DNA of 38,762 nt from Acidobacteriota bacterium (lineage in GTDB: Bacteria; Acidobacteriota; Blastocatellia; Pyrinomonadales; Pyrinomonadaceae). The DNA is taken from assembly GCA_031362765.1 (NCBI GenBank), contig JANLTD010000877.1, positions 1-38,762 of the forward strand, written 5' to 3'. This document shows, in pieces, positions 37,380 to 38,762 of the stretch. A program made the translations under genes and the position numbers. The notes beneath the pieces were generated by a model. That model did no database searches, had not been told where the DNA came from, and was given only the letters and a program-made list of their open reading frames with translations. Within the stretch, counting starts at the first letter, position 1. Every line of letters begins with the position of its first letter.

Positions 37380-37459
37380 TGTGGGTTTTTAACCAATTAA
37401 GAGAAATAGTTGAAAGCGTTGGCTGTCAATTCAGCGAAGTCTACAATTTTGATCAGGAA

Positions 37460-38551
37460 ATGGACAAGAAACCCGAACCCGTCAATATTGACAAGCGGAA
37501 ACTGAAAAAATTTCAAGGTTGTCTTTTGGGCGGTGCGATTGGTGATGCATTAGGAGCGGCAATTGAATTCGATTCGATAGCGCAAATTCGTCAAAAATTC
37601 GGTCAAAGGGGATTGAGCGATTACGCGGCGGTTTACGGTCGTATCGGTGCAATTACCGATGACACGCAGATGTCGCTTTTCACTGCCGAAGGATTGCTTC
37701 GTTCTATAACCAGACAAAACCACAAAGGCATTTCTCATCCGCCTACTATCATTTATCACGCATATTTGCGCTGGCTCGAAACACAAGGCGAGAAAATCAG
37801 TAATGAACAAACCGAAACATTCATTTATGACGAAAAAAGCTGGTTGAACGAATTACCCGAACTAAATTTCCGTCGCGCGCCTGGAAACAGTTGTTTGTCA
37901 GCACTCGGAAGCGGGATTATGGGCACAATCTCAGATCCTATCAATAACAGCAAAGGCTGCGGAGGGGTAATTCGCGTTGCGCCAGTCGGATTAATCACAG
38001 ATGATGCTTTCGGATTAGGATGCGAGGCGGCGGCGATCACACACTGGCATCCAACCGGATACTTAAGCGCAGGTGTTCTGGCTTTGATCATCAAAAAGAT
38101 AATTAAAGGAAAAAGTTTGGTTGCAGCTGTAAATTCTGCTGTTTATGAAATTCTGCCTCAGCACGAAAATCATGAGGAAACATTTGCTGCCTGCGACAAA
38201 GCGATCAAATTGGCAAATGACGAAGCTGTTTTGCCCACACCCGAGATGGTTGAATCGCTCGGAGGCGGATGGATAGCGGAAGAAGCATTGGCAATTTCAA
38301 TTTACTGCTCACTAGTTTATAAAAACGATTTTCGGAAAGCGGTTCTTCTTGCCGTTAATCATTCGGGCGACAGTGATAGCACAGGAGCGATCACGGGAAA
38401 TATTTTAGGCGCGTTAAATGGTATCGATGCTTTACCAAGCTACTGGCTAGATAGGCTTGAGTTAAAATCAGCAATAGCTGAAATTGCCAAAGATATGTTA
38501 ATTAATTTTCGCACCGGCGGTAAATGGTGGAAGAAATATCCGGGAGTATAG
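37460..38551 (+). CDS. ADP-ribosylglycohydrolase (DraG/ARH family)
   Basis: N-terminal FQGCLLGGAIGDALGAAIEF, central ITDDTQMSLFTAEGL, C-terminal NHSGDSDSTGAITGNILGA. ATG at 37460 (agga SD) is preferred, because the track's TTG at 37358 lies inside the intron. Confidence 0.9.
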   Translation: MDKKPEPVNIDKRKLKKFQGCLLGGAIGDALGAAIEFDSIAQIRQKFGQRGLSDYAAVYGRIGAITDDTQMSLFTAEGLLRSITRQNHKGISHPPTIIYHAYLRWLETQGEKISNEQTETFIYDEKSWLNELPELNFRRAPGNSCLSALGSGIMGTISDPINNSKGCGGVIRVAPVGLITDDAFGLGCEAAAITHWHPTGYLSAGVLALIIKKIIKGKSLVAAVNSAVYEILPQHENHEETFAACDKAIKLANDEAVLPTPEMVESLGGGWIAEEALAISIYCSLVYKNDFRKAVLLAVNHSGDSDSTGAITGNILGALNGIDALPSYWLDRLELKSAIAEIAKDMLINFRTGGKWWKKYPGV

Positions 38552-38762
38552 CAATTAGGTGTAGAGAATTAAAACGAAGAGAAATTGATCGGTTCAGTTA
38601 AATTTTGGCTATTGCCTTTGAAAATATAAGAGTGTTACTTTAATTCTTTTTAGACTTTAAAGTTATTATAAATAACAATAAGAAGGGACGAGAATTACCT
38701 CAAGGTCTGGAAATTAAGCAACAAGCTTTAATATATTAAATTATAGTTATTGGTTCGTAATT

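Overview
This window reads as a dense defence and mobile-element island from a bacterium that uses Shine-Dalgarno sites and has mid-to-low GC. All domain calls come from reading motifs by eye; no searches were run. No rRNA, tRNA or CRISPR array was recognised.

Left to right:
(i) 1-9343: a composite Type III-like R-M locus. It holds an SNF2 helicase (5' end off-window), DUF4391, a DUF559 nuclease-like protein, a beta-class N6/N4 DNA methyltransferase, a wHTH-Fic protein whose catalytic His is replaced, and a Res helicase-nuclease.
(ii) 9407-14306: a translationally coupled trio of a sigma-70-like protein, an XRE-HTH protein, and an 1168-aa ImmA/IrrE-peptidase::UvrD-helicase::Cas4-like-nuclease fusion.
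(iii) 14365-17590: a MerR-like regulator, an unknown protein, a hypoxanthine-DNA glycosylase, and a PolB-exo-like exonuclease.
(iv) 17762-21919: an ARPP-1/DUF6569-like protein, a secreted trypsin-like protease, and a degenerate PLD-like protein.
(v) 22039-24577: a three-gene phosphoesterase operon (SpoT-type HD hydrolase, histidine phosphatase, EEP::ParB/Srx-like fusion).
(vi) 24663-27890: a small gene split by a 248-bp MITE, then a full-length group II intron.
(vii) 28065-34610: a tyrosine integrase, then a minus-strand cassette. The cassette holds a STAS::GHKL kinase-like protein, a STAS(DUF4325)::wHTH protein and an E2-only (type II-short) CBASS (CD-NTase, E2, HNH-SAVED Cap5). A second MITE sits inside it. 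About 80-bp inverted repeat clusters and an integrase remnant bracket it.
(viii) 34863-38551: a deacetylase-like secreted protein, a FimB/E-like recombinase, an ORF-less group II intron copy, and an ADP-ribosylglycohydrolase.

The best candidates for undescribed systems are the STAS/GHKL/wHTH pair upstream of CBASS, the sigma/XRE/ImmA-UvrD-nuclease trio, the phosphoesterase trio, and the central ARPP-1 neighbourhood.
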